64,000 bases of DNA from Octopus sinensis (taxonomy: Eukaryota): NCBI RefSeq assembly GCF_006345805.1, contig NC_043010.1, forward strand, positions 28,086,001 to 28,150,000. The letters run 5' to 3'. Shown here in pieces: positions 33,735 through 47,807 of this stretch. The notes below the pieces were generated by a model. It was not told where the DNA came from and searched no databases. It saw nothing but the letters and a program-made list of their open reading frames with translations. Position numbers and translations under genes: made by a program. Every line of letters starts with the position of its first letter. The stretch's first letter is position 1.

Positions 33735-36315
33735 ATCATCATTTAACGTCCGCTTTCCATGCTAGCATGGGTTGGACTGTTTAACTGGGGTCTGGGAAGC
33801 CAGATAGCTGCACCAACTCCAAATTGATCTGGCAGAGTTTCTACAGCTGGATGCCCTTCTTAACGCCAACCATTCCGTGAGTGTAGTGGGTGCTTTTTAC
33901 TTACCACCGGCACAGGTGCCAGACAAGGCTGGCAAATGGCCATGATCAGATGGTGCTTTTTACATGCCACCAGCACGGAGGCCAGTCAGGGCGGCACTGG
34001 TTACGGCCATGTTCGGATGGTTCTCTTACGTGCCACCGGCACTGGTATCACAGCTACAATTTCCATTGATGTTGATCGATTTCGATTTCGATTTTCACTT
34101 GCCTCAACAGGTCTTCACAAGTAGAGATTTGTGTCCCAAGAAGGAAAGGTATGCATAAGTGAACTGGCTATATCCCAGGTAAAGGCCACGGGTTATGGTC
34201 TCACCTGTCCTGCCGGGTCTTCCTACGCACAGCATACTTCCAAAGGTCTCGGTCTCTAGTCATTTCCTCGGTGAGACCTAAAGTTCGAAGGTCATGCTTC
34301 ACCACCTCATCCCAGGTTTTCCTGGGTCTACCTTTTCCACAGATTCCCTCAACCGCCAGGGTGTGTCACTTTATCACACAACTATCTTCATCCATTCTCC
34401 CCACATGACCATACCAGCGCAAATGTCTCTCTTGCACACCACAACTGATGCTTCTTAGGTCCAACTTTTCTCTCAAGGTACTTACACTCTGTCGAGTATG
34501 AACACTGACATTACACATCCATCGGAGCATACTGGCTTTATTCCTTGTGAGCTTATGCATATCCTCAGCAGCCACGGCCCAAGTTTCACTGCCATGTAGC
34601 ATGGCTGTTCGTACACATGCGTCATACAGTCTGCCTTTTACTCTGAGCGAGAGACCTTTTGTCCCCAGCAGAAGTAAGAGCTCTCTGAGCTTTGCCCAGG
34701 CTATTCTTACTCTAGCAGTTACACTTTCAGCACTCCCGCTACTGACTTGGTCACCTAGGTAACGGAAGCTATCAACTATTTCATGTTTTCTCCCTAGAAT
34801 GTGGCGGAAGTTGGTCTCTGCACATTTTCAGTGTTTATTGTTCCTGAGCATCTGCCACATACGAAAACTATCTTCCTAGTAAAACCTTCCTTTGACATTG
34901 CTGCACCTCTTATGTGTCCATAGCTTACACTTGGTGCATCTTATAGAGTTTCTACCTACGCCTTTTCTACAGATCGAGCAGGGCCATCTACCTGAAGGCG
35001 TTTGTGATTTGTCTACCTTCCTACTTATTAGGACTTTGGTTTTAGCTAGGTTGACTCTAAGGCCCTTCGATTCTGTTCCTTGCTGAAACTTCTCCTCTAG
35101 TTCTGATAGTGACTCAGCAATTAGAGCAAGGTCATCAGCATAGAGGAGCTCCCAGGGGCATCCTGTCTTGAATTTCCCTGTTGTTGCCTGGAGGACTATG
35201 ATAAATAGGACTGAACCTTGGTGGACCCCAACCTCTACCTGGAATTCTTCACTGTACTCATTGCTAACCCTCACCTTACTAACAGTGTCCCTCTACATGG
35301 CTCACTCAGCTCTCACTAACCATTCATCTATCCCTAGTTTCCTCATTGACCACCAGATAAGGGATCGGGGGACCCTGTCAAAGGCTTTCTCCATGTCAAT
35401 GAAAGCCAGGTACAGAGGTTTATCTTTGGCTAGGTATTTCTCCTGCCGCTGTCTTACCAGGAATATAGCATCAGTAGTACTTTTCCCTGGCACGAACCCA
35501 AACTGCATCTCATCTAACCTAACTCTCTCTCTAATTAGTTGGGCTATGACCCTCTCTGTGACCTTCATTACTTGATCCAGCAACTTGATACCTCTGTAAT
35601 TATTTGTATCTAGAGCGTCACCTTTACCTTTGTAGCAGTTGACTATTATACAGCTACACCAGTCATTGGGTATGACTCCTTCGTGTATTACCTAGTTAAC
35701 TATACAGATGACTAGGATATAGCCGACACTGCCAAATATTTTGAGCATCTCTGCAGTGATTCCTGATGGGCTGGGGGCTTTCCCTGCCTTCATACTCTTG
35801 ATTGCTTTAACTACCAAGGTACTGTCAATTTGGATAGCTGGTCCTTCTGTTGGGTTGACATTCGGCAAACTCTCTTTCTCCCATTCATTCTCTTTATTGA
35901 GCAACCTTTCATAGTGGTGTCTCCAAACCTCTCTCTTTGCAGCCTCATTTAGTGCAAGTGAACCATCATCCATACGGAAACATTTCTCTCCTACCACATC
36001 ACGATTCTCTCTTACGCACTGTCTTGCAACACAAAATACTTCAAGTCTTTGGTCCTCACAGCGCAGAACATTGGTAAATGTTTTCTTATCTGCTTCCCCT
36101 CTGGCTAAATAAACCTGTCTACTAGCTTCCCTTCTGGCAGTCTGATACAATTCCCTGCTACCTCCATTCTTCCAGTCCCTCCAAGCCTGTTTCTTTTCTC
36201 TAATAGCCCAGTCAACCACATTGTTCCTCCACAACGTTACCTTGGGTTGAGATGGGACTTTGCTCCATCCACAGATCTGGTCAGTGGCTCTCAGCAGATT
36301 GTCCCGTAAAAACCT
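33735..36315 (-). mobile_element. RTE-clade LINE, degraded and 5'-truncated
   Basis: Fragmented ORFs 35692..36354, 35302..35583, 34876..35274 and 34366..34602 homologous to the other RTE copies; (GAT) tail at about 33735. Confidence 0.9.
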
Positions 36316-36407
36316 CCAGGGTAATAGTATAAATACTTTGATATAATAAAGCACTCAATGTAAATTCAGTATATAATATTCTCATTGTATATATTTAACT
36401 AAAGATT

Positions 36408-36479
<72 letters not shown>

Positions 36480-36556
36480 TATATATATATATCTATATAT
36501 ATATATATGTATATATGTATACATATGTATATATATGTATATATATAATATATATA

Positions 36557-36608
<52 letters not shown>

Positions 36609-36959
36609 ATATATATACAAATATATATATATATGTATGTATATATATTGCTATCCTCTCTTGCTATCCTCTCCCTCCCTCTGTTTCTCTTTCTCTTCCC
36701 CTCCTCTCCTTCACTCTGCCTCTCTTTCTCTTACCCTCTTCTCCTTCACTCTGTCTCTCCTTCTATTCCCCTCCTCTCCCCCTCCCTAACCTTTCTTTAT
36801 CTCTTTAACACACCACACCTCCTTGCTTTCCTCCTATCACCCTCTAGATTTCTTTCATAGCACCTCTCTCTTCCCTTCATATCTCCCTCTCTCTTTCCCT
36901 ATTTCCCCCTTCTGTGTTTCTCCATCTATACCTCTCTCTATTTCTCATTACCTCTCTAG

Positions 36960-39900
36960 CCTCTACTCCTCCTCTGAACTTCAAAACGAAGATGGCACCA
37001 AAGTGGGAAAAGAAAGAGTTAAATCTTCTGCTGAGAGTATGGACGATTGCCAGTGGCGATCCGCCGAACAACATCATTACTGCCGCACTAAAGAACAATG
37101 CATTTCATAGAACCATTGACCAAATAGAAAGAAAAAAGGTGAATTTATCCGGTCTTACATGCTTATAAGACCACACATCAAAACAGTGGATAACATAATT
37201 GAAAATTATTGTGGCAAGGCTGATGAGGATGATAAGGACAAAAAAGAGAAGGAACCCGGAAGTCTCTGTGATCCAGGGGTTCCTCAGGAAAGTGGATCAC
37301 CTACCCCGGTGAACGACCAGGTAGTGAAGGATAGGGGAGCCAAGGGAGCAGAAACCGGAAGCCCCCCTGTACCAGTGGTCCTACAAAGAAATGAGAAATT
37401 AGAAAAACAGAAGAAAAAAGGAAGGACCGAAAACAAAAATAAGGAGGGAAAGGGAAGAAAAGGCAAAACAACCAAAGCTGAAACCCCAACCCACCACACA
37501 AACATCAGAGAACCCCATGGAGGATCCAACGCCACCCAGTACATTTCAGGAAAGAAGAAATCTGGAAGGCACTGAAGAAACTGTAAATTCTACCTGCGAG
37601 GCAAATGTTGGCATGGGGAGGACGGCAAAAACTGCCGGTTTGCCCACCCGACACCCTGCCAGAACTTCAGGGGACTCAAAGAGAAGAGCTTTACTGAGGG
37701 AAGACAAGAAATGTCTCCCTGGAAAACATTCAAAAAAGAAGTGTGCTCCTCAGATGTTCTGCGCAACACAGCAGCTGAGCAAGAGTCTTTTTTGTGCATG
37801 GCGCAAAAGATTGTCCAGCAGCTAACCTGGCTACACCAAGCACAGAGAAGGAACCCTGCCCACCACTATGCAAGACCACCACAGTCAACAGACACGGGAT
37901 GGTCTCCCCTAATGCCTGCACAGCCATCACCCCAATACTTTTACTAAATATTGGGAGCCTGTTGCATCAAAATAGAAACAATTTTTTTTCCTGAGAGATC
38001 TTACTGCATGCAATCAAGCCCTATGTATAGCACTCGTGGTAACTCACCTCAAACCTGATATAGAGGACGCAGAAGTACACATACCAAACTATGCCATACT
38101 GCAAACAGACAGAAGGGAAAGGAGCCATGGTGGAGTTGCTGTATACATCTGAGATGACCTCACACCCCAGGTCTTAATGACATACTCAAATTCGGTATGT
38201 GACACTTTAATTGTATACATAAGACAACATAATATAGTCATATGCAATACATATTGCCCACCAGATGCTCCAAATCACATAGGCAAGTTTGAAGATTGCC
38301 TCACAAGAATGAAAGAAATCCTCATAAATCTGGAACACCACGTGACCATATTTCTTATGGGTGATTTCAATTAACCCAACGTCAAATGGCCCAAAGGTCT
38401 CATACTCTCAGGAATGTATCATTGCAAGCAAGTACAGGTGGAGTCCCTGCTCAACCTCACCAATGCCTTATTCACGGAGCAAATTGTACTCAAACCAACT
38501 AGGGCGAATAACATTCTGGATCTCTGCTTCACGAACAATATGTACATCATTCATGATGTGAAAGTGACACCGACATTAGTTTTGGATCACAACATAATAG
38601 AGCTGTCTATGTTTGGGCCGAAAGTAACCAGAGACATACAGCCTAAAGGAAGCACCCAAAATCTCTCCAATCTGAACTTCCACAAAGCAGATTGGAAATC
38701 AATCCAAAAAAGAGATCCTCAGAGAGGACTGGCCAAAATGTCTCTCCACACCAGACATTGACATGAAACTAGAACGTTTCATGTCTTCTGTGCAAGCCGT
38801 ATGCCAGAAATATGTCCCAGAGCACAAGACCAAAACAAATAGGAGCAAGATTCCAAGAGACAGGAAGATCCTCATGAGACGACGGACGAAGGTTGCAAAT
38901 CGTCTCAACCAACGTCCCGCCTAAAAATAACACTGATGGAGATCAAAAAAAGGCTGCAATAATCGTATGTGAAGGAGAAAGCAGACAAAGAAGCCTGGAT
39001 TATAAAAAACATTAAATCAAACCTAAAGGCCTTCTTTCATTACGCGAAAGAAACAGCCTCAGTACACTACAAGATAGGACCCCTCCTCCAAAAGAATGGC
39101 TCCCTCACAGACAGTCCAACTAAGATCAGTGAGATACTGAATGACCAGTTCAAAAGTGTCTTTACCACCCGTTGGAAGACAGACAAGTGAACGAACCAGT
39201 GGACTTCTTTGCCGCCTCACCTATAACCAGTGAGGCAGTTACAATAGAATACATTGACAATAGCGAAGAAGATGTACTACTAGCCATAGATGAAGTGGAC
39301 ACAAACTCAACTGCTGGTCCAGATGGTTTCCCAGCAATCCTCCTCAAAGCGTGTAAGCATGCCCTGGCAAAACCCCTCAAGATTCTCTTCCAGAGAACTG
39401 CCAAGCAAGCTGAAGGAGGGAATAATATGCCCAATACATAAAGGAAGAAGTAGAGCAGATGCCAAAAACTATAGGCCTATCTCACTGACTTCACATATCA
39501 GCAACGGATAGTCAGAAAGAAACTAATCGCATTCCTTGAGGAAAATAACTTGCTGAATGATACCCAGCATGGTTTTCAACCAGGCTGGAGTTGCCTGACC
39601 CAGCTCTTACAACATTATGACTGGGTGTTGAGGCAGTTACTCAACAAATCAAATGTGGACGTAATCTACCTTGATTTTGCAAAAGCTTTTGACAAGGTGG
39701 ATCATGGTATGATATGCCACAAACTGCATGACCTCGGCATAGCTGGAAAACTTGGAGTGTGGTTACATGACTTCCTGAAAGATAGGAGTCAGGCAGTAGT
39801 GGCTAATGGAGCCACCTCTATGAACACACAAATAGTGAGCGGTGTTCCACACGGCACTGTCTTGGGACCGCTGCTTTTTATAGTGGCCCTCTCAGATATG

Positions 39901-40930
39901 CCCTCAAATGCCCGGATAGCCTCTCTGGCAAGCTATGCAGATGATACAAAAGTCTTACAGAAAATACAGAACCCCAGCGATGTTGCACACCTGCAGCAGG
40001 AGTTGGACTCAATTTACAGATGGGCTGAGGATAATAATATGCAGTTTAATGCTGAAAAATTCTAGGCCCTACGCTACCAGCATCCAAAACTGAATATTAG
40101 ACCTACAGAGTACACCGGTCCACAGGAAATTTCAATCCCAGAGCCTAAGTTAATGAGGGACCTGGGTATCGACATGAGTGATGATACCTCCTTCCAAGTG
40201 CACATTATCAGGATAGTGACAAAGTGCAGGATAGTGCAGGATAGTGACAAAGTGCATACGACTGGCTGGATGGATCCTAAGAACATTCAGAACCAGACAT
40301 AAGGAAACCATGATCGTCCTCTGGCGGACATTCGTCCTCAGCTGCCTGGATTACTGCTCACAGCTATGATCACCCACCAGTGTGAGATTAACAACGGACC
40401 TTGAAGCAATCCAGAGAAGATTCACAAAGAAGATCGTCTCTTTGCAACAGCTCAGCTACTGGAAAAGGTTGAAACAGCTAAGACTCTACTCCCTGGAGAG
40501 AAGATGGGAGAGGTATGCAGTAATATATATCTGGAAGATCCTGGAAGGAATTGTGCCAAATTTTGGCATTGAAAGCTACATCAATGCCAGAACGGGATGA
40601 CACTGCATAGTGCCAAAGATCCCAGCAATGCCATCATGCTTCAGGACCAGCTACTGCAATAGCCTGGGTTTCAAGGGCCCACAGCTTTTTAATATTTTCC
40701 CAAAGAGTCTGAGGAACTTGCACAGAGTAGGTTTTTAAATCAAAGCTGGACCTCTTCCTGTTGAGAGTCCCAGATGAGCCTACCTCACGGCAAGAGGTGC
40801 AAATGAGGGTAGCTATATCAAACTCCATTCTTCATCAAGTGCCACATATTAGAGGAGGTTCCTAGTAATAACAGTGTAGTGCAAAACAGCAGTGCATCAG
40901 CATGGCCGCAGCTCTGAGCTGGAACTTTAA
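36960..40930 (+). mobile_element. Near full-length decayed CR1-clade LINE: ORF1 with CCCH finger, then ORF2 APE-RT
   Basis: ORF1 from ATG 36992 includes CKFYLRGKCWHGEDGKNCRFAH (37582-37647). APE motifs LLNIGSL, HGGVAVY, YCPP, MGDFN, NNILDL. RT motifs YLDFAKAFDKVDH, SGVPHGTVLGP, YADDTK. Many stops and frameshifts. Confidence 0.85.
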
Positions 40931-41227
40931 AAAATATATATATATATATGTATATACATGTATATATATATTTTTATTCTGGTGTTCTGTGGACATGCAG
41001 GGGCACCGCCAGTGCAATCACCTTTTAATTGTCCATTTGGTGTTTAATTGGTATGTTGATTCTTTAATTGTCCTTTTGAGTTTCATGCCATGATATTGGT
41101 CCATCCGAGATCATTGAGAGCAAGTGGTTCCATGGACCTTTGTTTCCCAAGCTATAGCATATATATATATATATACATATGCATATACATACACACACAC
41201 ACACACATACATACATATATATCTTTT

Positions 41228-44200
41228 CTGGGCAGGGAACACTGACGGGGTTGGTGGCGTGGGTATACTTATCGCTGAGAAATGGGTAGATAAAGTAATT
41301 GAGGTAATCAGAGTATGTGACAGAATACTTAAGATTAGATTAGTGCTTCATCATAGTTTAGCAACCATTATATCAGCCTATGCTCCTCAGTCGGGGCTAC
41401 CCGATGGACAGAAAGACCGATTCTATGACACTCTACTGCAGACTACCTCGTTGACGAACGACAGAGACCTTATCTTTGTGGCTGGTGACTTCAATGGTCA
41501 CGTTGGACGACATGCTGGGGGCTTCCATGGCGTACATGGAGGCTATGGCTATGGCTCCCGCAACGAGGAGGGAACCAGGCTGCTGGAGTTCTGCGATGCA
41601 AATAATCTTATGATTTGCAACACTAACTTCAGGAAACCTACCAGCCACCTAGTCACTTACCGATCGGGCCAACATACCAGCCAAATTGACTACATCCTTG
41701 CAAGGCAAAGGGAGAGATGGCTGCTTATAAATGCCAAAACATTCCCAGGTGAAGAATGTACCCCACAACATAGACTGGTAGTTAGTGACTTTAGGATCAG
41801 GACTAGGAGGACAACCAGATGATGACCAATATGGAGAAGAAGGATCTGGAAGCTTAAAGATCCTGCAAATGGACAGAGATTTAGGGACATATTACTTGAA
41901 GCCTCTGACGAAGTAGAAGGGGATAGAGCATCACAGGGGGTAGAAGACAGCTGGACGTTTCTAAGGGACAACCTGCTGAGAGCCACTGACCAGATCTGTG
42001 GCTGGTGCAAAGTCCCCTCTCGACCTAGAATAACGTGGTGGTGGAACGATATTGTAGACAGGGCTATTAGAGAAAAGAGACAGGCTTGGAAGGTCTGGAA
42101 AAATGGGGGTAGCAGGGAATTGTATCAGACTGCCAAAAGAGAAGCTAGGAGACAGGTTTATTTAGCCAGAGGGGAAGCAGATAAGAAAAAATTTGCCAAT
42201 GTTCTGCGCCGTGAGGACCAAAGACTGGAGGTGTTTCGCGTTGCAAGACAGAGAATCGTGATGTGGTAGGAGAGAAGTGTGTTCGCATGGAAGATGGTTC
42301 ACTTGCGCTAAATGAGGATGCAAAGAGAGAGGTTTGGAGATGCCACTATGAAAGGTTGCTGAATAAAGAAAATGAATGGGAGAAAGAGAGTCTGCCGAAT
42401 GTTGACCCAACAGAGGGACCAGCTATCCGAGTTGATAGTTCCGTGGTAGCTAAGGCAATTAGAAGCATGAAGACAGGGAAAGCCCCAGGCCCATCAGGAA
42501 TCACTGCAGAAATGCTCAAAATGTCTGGTAGTGTCGGCTATAGCCTAGTCACCAGTATAGTTAATCAGGTGATACACGAAGGAGTCATACCCAATGACTG
42601 GTGTAGCAGCATAATAGTCAACTGCTACAAAGGTAAAGGTGACACCCTAGATACAAATAACTACAGAGGTATCAAGCTGTTGGATCAGGTGATGAAGGTT
42701 ACGGAGAGGGTCTTAGCCCAACTAATTAGAGAGAGAGTTAGGTTAGATGAGATGCAGTTTGGGTTTGTGCCAGGGAAAAGTACTACTGATGCTATATTCC
42801 TGGTAAGGCAGCTGCAGGAGAAATACCTAGCCAAAGATAAGCCCCTGTACCTGGCTTTTGTTGACATGGAGAAAGCCTTTGACAGGGTCCCCCGATCCCT
42901 TATCTGGTGGTCAATGAGGAAACTAGGGATAGATGAATGGTTAGTGAGAGCTGTGCGGGCCATTTATAGGGACACTGCTAGTAGGGTGAGGGTTGGAAAC
43001 GAGTACAGTGAAGAATTCCGGGTAGAGGTAGGGTTCCACCAAGGCTCAGTACTCAGCCCCCTCCTATTTATCATAGTCCTCCAGGCAATAACGGAAGAAT
43101 TCAAGACAGGATGCCCTTGGGAGCTCCTCTATGCTGATGACTTTGCTCTAATTGCTGAGTCGCTATCAGAATTGGAGGAGAAGTTTCAGGTGTGGAAACA
43201 AGGATTAGAATCGAAGGGCCTCAGAGTCAATCTAGCTAAAACCAAGGTTGTAATCAGTAGGAAGGTAGACAAATCACAAACGCCTTCAGGTAGATGGCCC
43301 TGCTCGATCTGTAGAAAAGGTGTAGGTAGAAACTCTATAAGATGCACCAAGTGTAAGCTATGGACACACACATAAGAGGTGCAGCAATGTCAAAGGAAGG
43401 CTAACTAGGAAGATGGTTTTTGTATGTGGCAGATGCTCAGGAACAATAAACACTGAAAATGCTCTGAGACCAACTTCCGTCACTTTCCATGGAGAAAAAC
43501 TAGAAATAGTTGATAGTTTCCGTTACCTAGGTGACCAAGTCAGCAGCGGGGGCGGGTGTGCTGAAAGTGTAACTGCTAGAGTAAGAATAGCTTGGGCAAA
43601 ATTCAGAGAGCTCTTACCTCTGCTGGGGACAAAAGGCCTCTCGCACAGAGTGAAAGGCAGACTGTATGATGCGTGTGTACGAACAGCCATGCTACATGGC
43701 AGTGAAACTTGGGCCGTGACTGCTGAGGATACGCGTAAGCTCGCAAGAAATGAAGCCAGTATGCTCCGATGGATGTGTAATGTCAGTACTCATACTCGGC
43801 AGAGTGTAAGTACCTTGAGAGAAAAGCTGGACCTAAGAAGTGAGGATCAGAATCGAAATCGATCAATGGAAATTGCAGATGTGTTACCAGTGCCGGTGGC
43901 ATGTCGAAACTCTACTTGTGAAGACCCGTTGAGGCAAGTGAGGATCAGAATCGAAATCGATCAATGGAAATTGCAGATGTGTTACCAGTGCCGGTGGCAT
44001 GTAAGAGAACCTTCCGTTTCGCGACCGTTGCCAGCACCGCCCCGTTTCGTGTCCGTTGCCAGCCTCGCCTGGCCCTCGTGCCGGTGGCACATAAAAAGCA
44101 CCATCCGTTCGTGGCCGTTTGCCAGCTCTGTCTGGCACCTGTGCGGGTGGCACGTAAAAAGCACCCACTACACTCACGGAGTGGTTGGCGTTAGGAAGGG

Positions 44201-44350
44201 CATCCAGCCGTAGAAACACTGCCAGATTTGACTGGGCCTGATGAAGCCTTCTGGCTTCACAGACCCCAGTTGAACCGTCCAACCCATGCTAGCATGGAAA
44301 GCGGATGTTAAACGATGATGATGATGATGATGATATGATGATGATGATGA
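41228..44350 (+). mobile_element. RTE-clade LINE (APE fragment, RT, 3' UTR)
   Basis: GGVGILI, ISAYAPQ, AGDFNGHVG, SQIDYIL; RT 42263..43375; C-terminal 43413..43840; (GAT)n tail. Confidence 0.92.
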
Positions 44351-44399
44351 TATATACATATATATCTATATATACACACATATATATATACACACATAT

Positions 44400-44707
44400 C
44401 ACTGTGATCACCGTGACCGACCAGGCTATCAGATGTTGCTATACATCACTGGTCACAATGCGCTTTGCATTGTTTTAGTCTTCAAATGACACCACCCTGC
44501 TGGCTAAGCGAGCGGGCCAACAGAAGAAAGAGTGAGAGAAAGTTGTGGCGAAAGAGTACAGCAGGGATTGCCACGACTCCCTGCTGGATCCTCGAGGAGC
44601 TTTAGGTGTTTTCGCTCAATAAACACTCACAACGCCCGGTCTGGGAATCGAAACCGCGATCCTACAACCGCGAGTCTGCTACCCTAACCACTGGGCCATT
44701 GCGCCTC

Positions 44708-44712
<5 letters not shown>
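44400..44712 (-). mobile_element. tRNA-derived SINE (second copy about 49350-49595)
   Basis: Minus head GGAGGCGCAATGGCCCAGTGGTTAGGG...GGTTTCGATTCCCAG. Confidence 0.75.
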
Positions 44713-44796
<84 letters not shown>

Positions 44797-44828
44797 AACA
44801 TATATATATACATATATATATAAAAAAA

Positions 44829-45360
44829 TCTTTTTCAGAATGAGATCAAAAACCAAGTCTGTGAAGATTTTAGAACATTTATAAAATGAAGGTCTTACAG
44901 CTGTTTCCAGGATATTAATTATATCGCTTCATTGGAGATGGTGTGAGAAGAGGGTTAAGCAATAGTTAATTTTTGATAAGACACAAAATAGGGAGTGAAG
45001 TGGAGGGATGAAAATAGCTGTGAGATTTGCAAGTATATAGCATTTGTAGATCCATTATTTAGGCAGAATGGTATACATATAAGATTCCAATACCTTGAAT
45101 CCCAAGCTATAGCAGTACATTCTGCCTAAATAATTCATCAACAAATGCTATATCCCTGCATATCTCTCATCTATTTTCATTCCTCCATCTCACTCTCTAT
45201 TTCGTATCTTATCTAAATTAACTATTTCTTAACCATTTTCTCACACTGTCTCCGATGAAGGGATATAATAAATATCCAGGGAAACAGCTGTAAGACCTAT
45301 TTATAAATGTTCTAAAATCTTCACAGCTTTGGTTTTTTTTTTATCTTATTCTGAAAAAAA
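44829..45360. repeat. ~530-bp imperfect fold-back with a degenerate hammerhead-like motif in each arm
   Basis: Arms about 44829-45073 and 45116-45360 are reverse complements (e.g. AGGTCTTACAGCTGTTTC / GAAACAGCTGTAAGACCT). (TA)n lies on both sides. Confidence 0.85.
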
Positions 45361-45552
45361 TTATATATACACATACTCCTTATTCACATAATCACCAAAC
45401 CTGGAGCTTAACTATGGTCTATCCATAGCACTTACTCAGCATTACCTGACACCTTTGAGTCTTACTGACACCATTTCCTCTCATAGCCTATATATATATG
45501 TATATACATATCTATCTATCTATATATATATATATATGTATATATATACATT

Positions 45553-45594
<42 letters not shown>

Positions 45595-46356
45595 GCAACA
45601 GAAAAGAGGAATTTCAATTATCCCCACGTGGTGAGTTGTAATGTATATAAGAAATTAAAAAAGGAAAATACGCACACTTACATAGTTTTAATATAATTTT
45701 TAATATATCGACTGGTTTCGCTATCGCTGTTCATGATATTATGTTTTACTTATTTGAATATGTATTTTTTCTTAGGAAGAAATTTTGTCCATGTTGTGTG
45801 TGATGTGATGAAATTCACAAGTGAATAACTTCACAAGTAGATAAAAAAAGGGGAGGTAAATGGTTATTGTTGTGGGTAAGGGAGATAACTGTTCAGCTTT
45901 CAGTAATGGGAGGGGAATATATATGTACAAAGACAAGTTTCGAAAACTTTGTTTAGTGAGGGGATTTATGTAGTGATGTAATCGTGAATTGAAAAATGTA
46001 AAATATTATAAAAGTTGGTTATACGTGCATATTAAGACGTGTTCTGTTTTTTTCAATGAAAAAAGTTTCTTTATGTAAATGTTCTAGTTGAGAGATTGTG
46101 TCTTTGCACTGGTAGAAGGGGAAGACCCACAACAATAACAATAATAACGATAGCCAATTACCTCCCTTTTTCATCTACTTGTGAAGTCATCCACTCATGA
46201 ATTTCATCACATCAGACACAACATGGGCAAAATTTCTTCTTAAGAAAAAATACATATTCAAATAAGTAAAACATAATATTATGAATAGCAATAGCAAAAC
46301 CGGTCGATATATTAAAAATTATATTAAAACTATGTAAGTGTGCGTATTTTCCTTTT

Positions 46357-46395
<39 letters not shown>

Positions 46396-46398
<3 letters not shown>

Positions 46399-46965
46399 TG
46401 TGGAGTGAATAAACTGTCGTCTAAGTTACACTGGCACCTCATTTTAACAGATAAATTTACCAAAATTACATAAAAAGATCTTGAAATAGTGAAGAGTAAA
46501 TATAACAATATAATTCCCAATGGCTTCAACCATCTTCCTCCAGACGACTTCAGAATCTCATGCGACACTTCTGGACAGCCTCCATATTTAAGTTGTCTGT
46601 CTGCATGTCTGTATGTATGTATGTATGTATGTATGTATGTATGTAGATTTGAACACTGAATATGTGGTAGGGTTGACTAGACATTTAACCTATTTTGGCG
46701 ATCGATAGATTATTTTAACGCTTCAGGGAAACACATGCATGCAGAAATATACTTACAGGTGAAGAACAGAAAGGAGGAGAGAGACAGACAGACATTATAT
46801 ATACATATAAAACTAACTAGATACTCATACACCAGAAGATCGAAAAAAAGTCGGTGGTGAATGAGAGATGGATAACGAAAGAAGCACTAAAAGATCTGAT
46901 GCCAATTAATTCAGCATTGAATCTGCATCGCCAAATCGGTGGTATAAAATGTCTCTTACTCATAT

Positions 46966-47001
<36 letters not shown>

Positions 47002-47775
47002 GTTAATAACACCTATAAGGAGGAGGTGCTTTTCCCATTCACCAAAGTAAATGGAGCTCTGGCTAGGAGGAACTGATGTCATCAGACAGTATTTGTTCGG
47101 TGTTTCAAACCTGAACTGTAACACCTTCCCACTGGTGGTCAGCAGAGGTGGCCAAATCAGTACTCCTCATCTCCATCTTGCCCCCAGCTTAACACCTCTC
47201 TCTTGCTCCAAAGCCAACAAGAGGCTCTTTTAGCTGTTTCTCCCATCTTGCATCCAACCAAGATGGCTTGGAATAAAAATTGGCCCTTTCTCATCTCGTA
47301 TGAGGAATACCAAATGTCTTCATGCACGACCTGCCTGATGAGAAACCCTGACACTCCCATGTCCCTGGCGATGGACCTAATTGACTTGGAGGGATCCTTG
47401 TCAATCATGGCCTGGATCTCACTAACAAATTCAGGAGTTCTTTTCTTATCAGAATGATCAGAGTGAGTTTTCTGAGCTGCCATACCTCTGTAATTACTCT
47501 TAGACTCATCCAACTCTTTCCGAATCCTTTGCACTATCCTCAGATTGACACCCAAATACTCTGAAATGTTTGTCTTGGAGCTCTTGGCATGAATGCCAGT
47601 AGAGTATGTTGTTTCCAAATTCTAGCAGAGTGAATTGCGTCATGGTGCTGTTTTTCTCACAGATGGTGCCCAACAGACCCTACTATACTGTGTAGTTGAT
47701 AAAATCAAAAACAAACAATGCACATGTGCAAAATTAGAATATATAAAATGGCGACAATTTACCCATCGCACCCTG
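46396..47775 (-). mobile_element. mariner/maT-like (DD37D-type) transposon remnant with internal deletion
   Basis: Imperfect TIRs CAGTGTGG..AATAAACTGTCGTC / CAGGGTGCG..GGTAAATTGTCGCC flanked by TA. N-terminal HTH-like RTPEFV.EIQAMID.DPSKSIRSIARDMGVS (47157..47618) and C-terminal RF*SRLE.MVEA.GNYI near 46500-46570. Catalytic core absent. Confidence 0.7.
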
Positions 47776-47776
47776 T

Positions 47777-47807
<31 letters not shown>

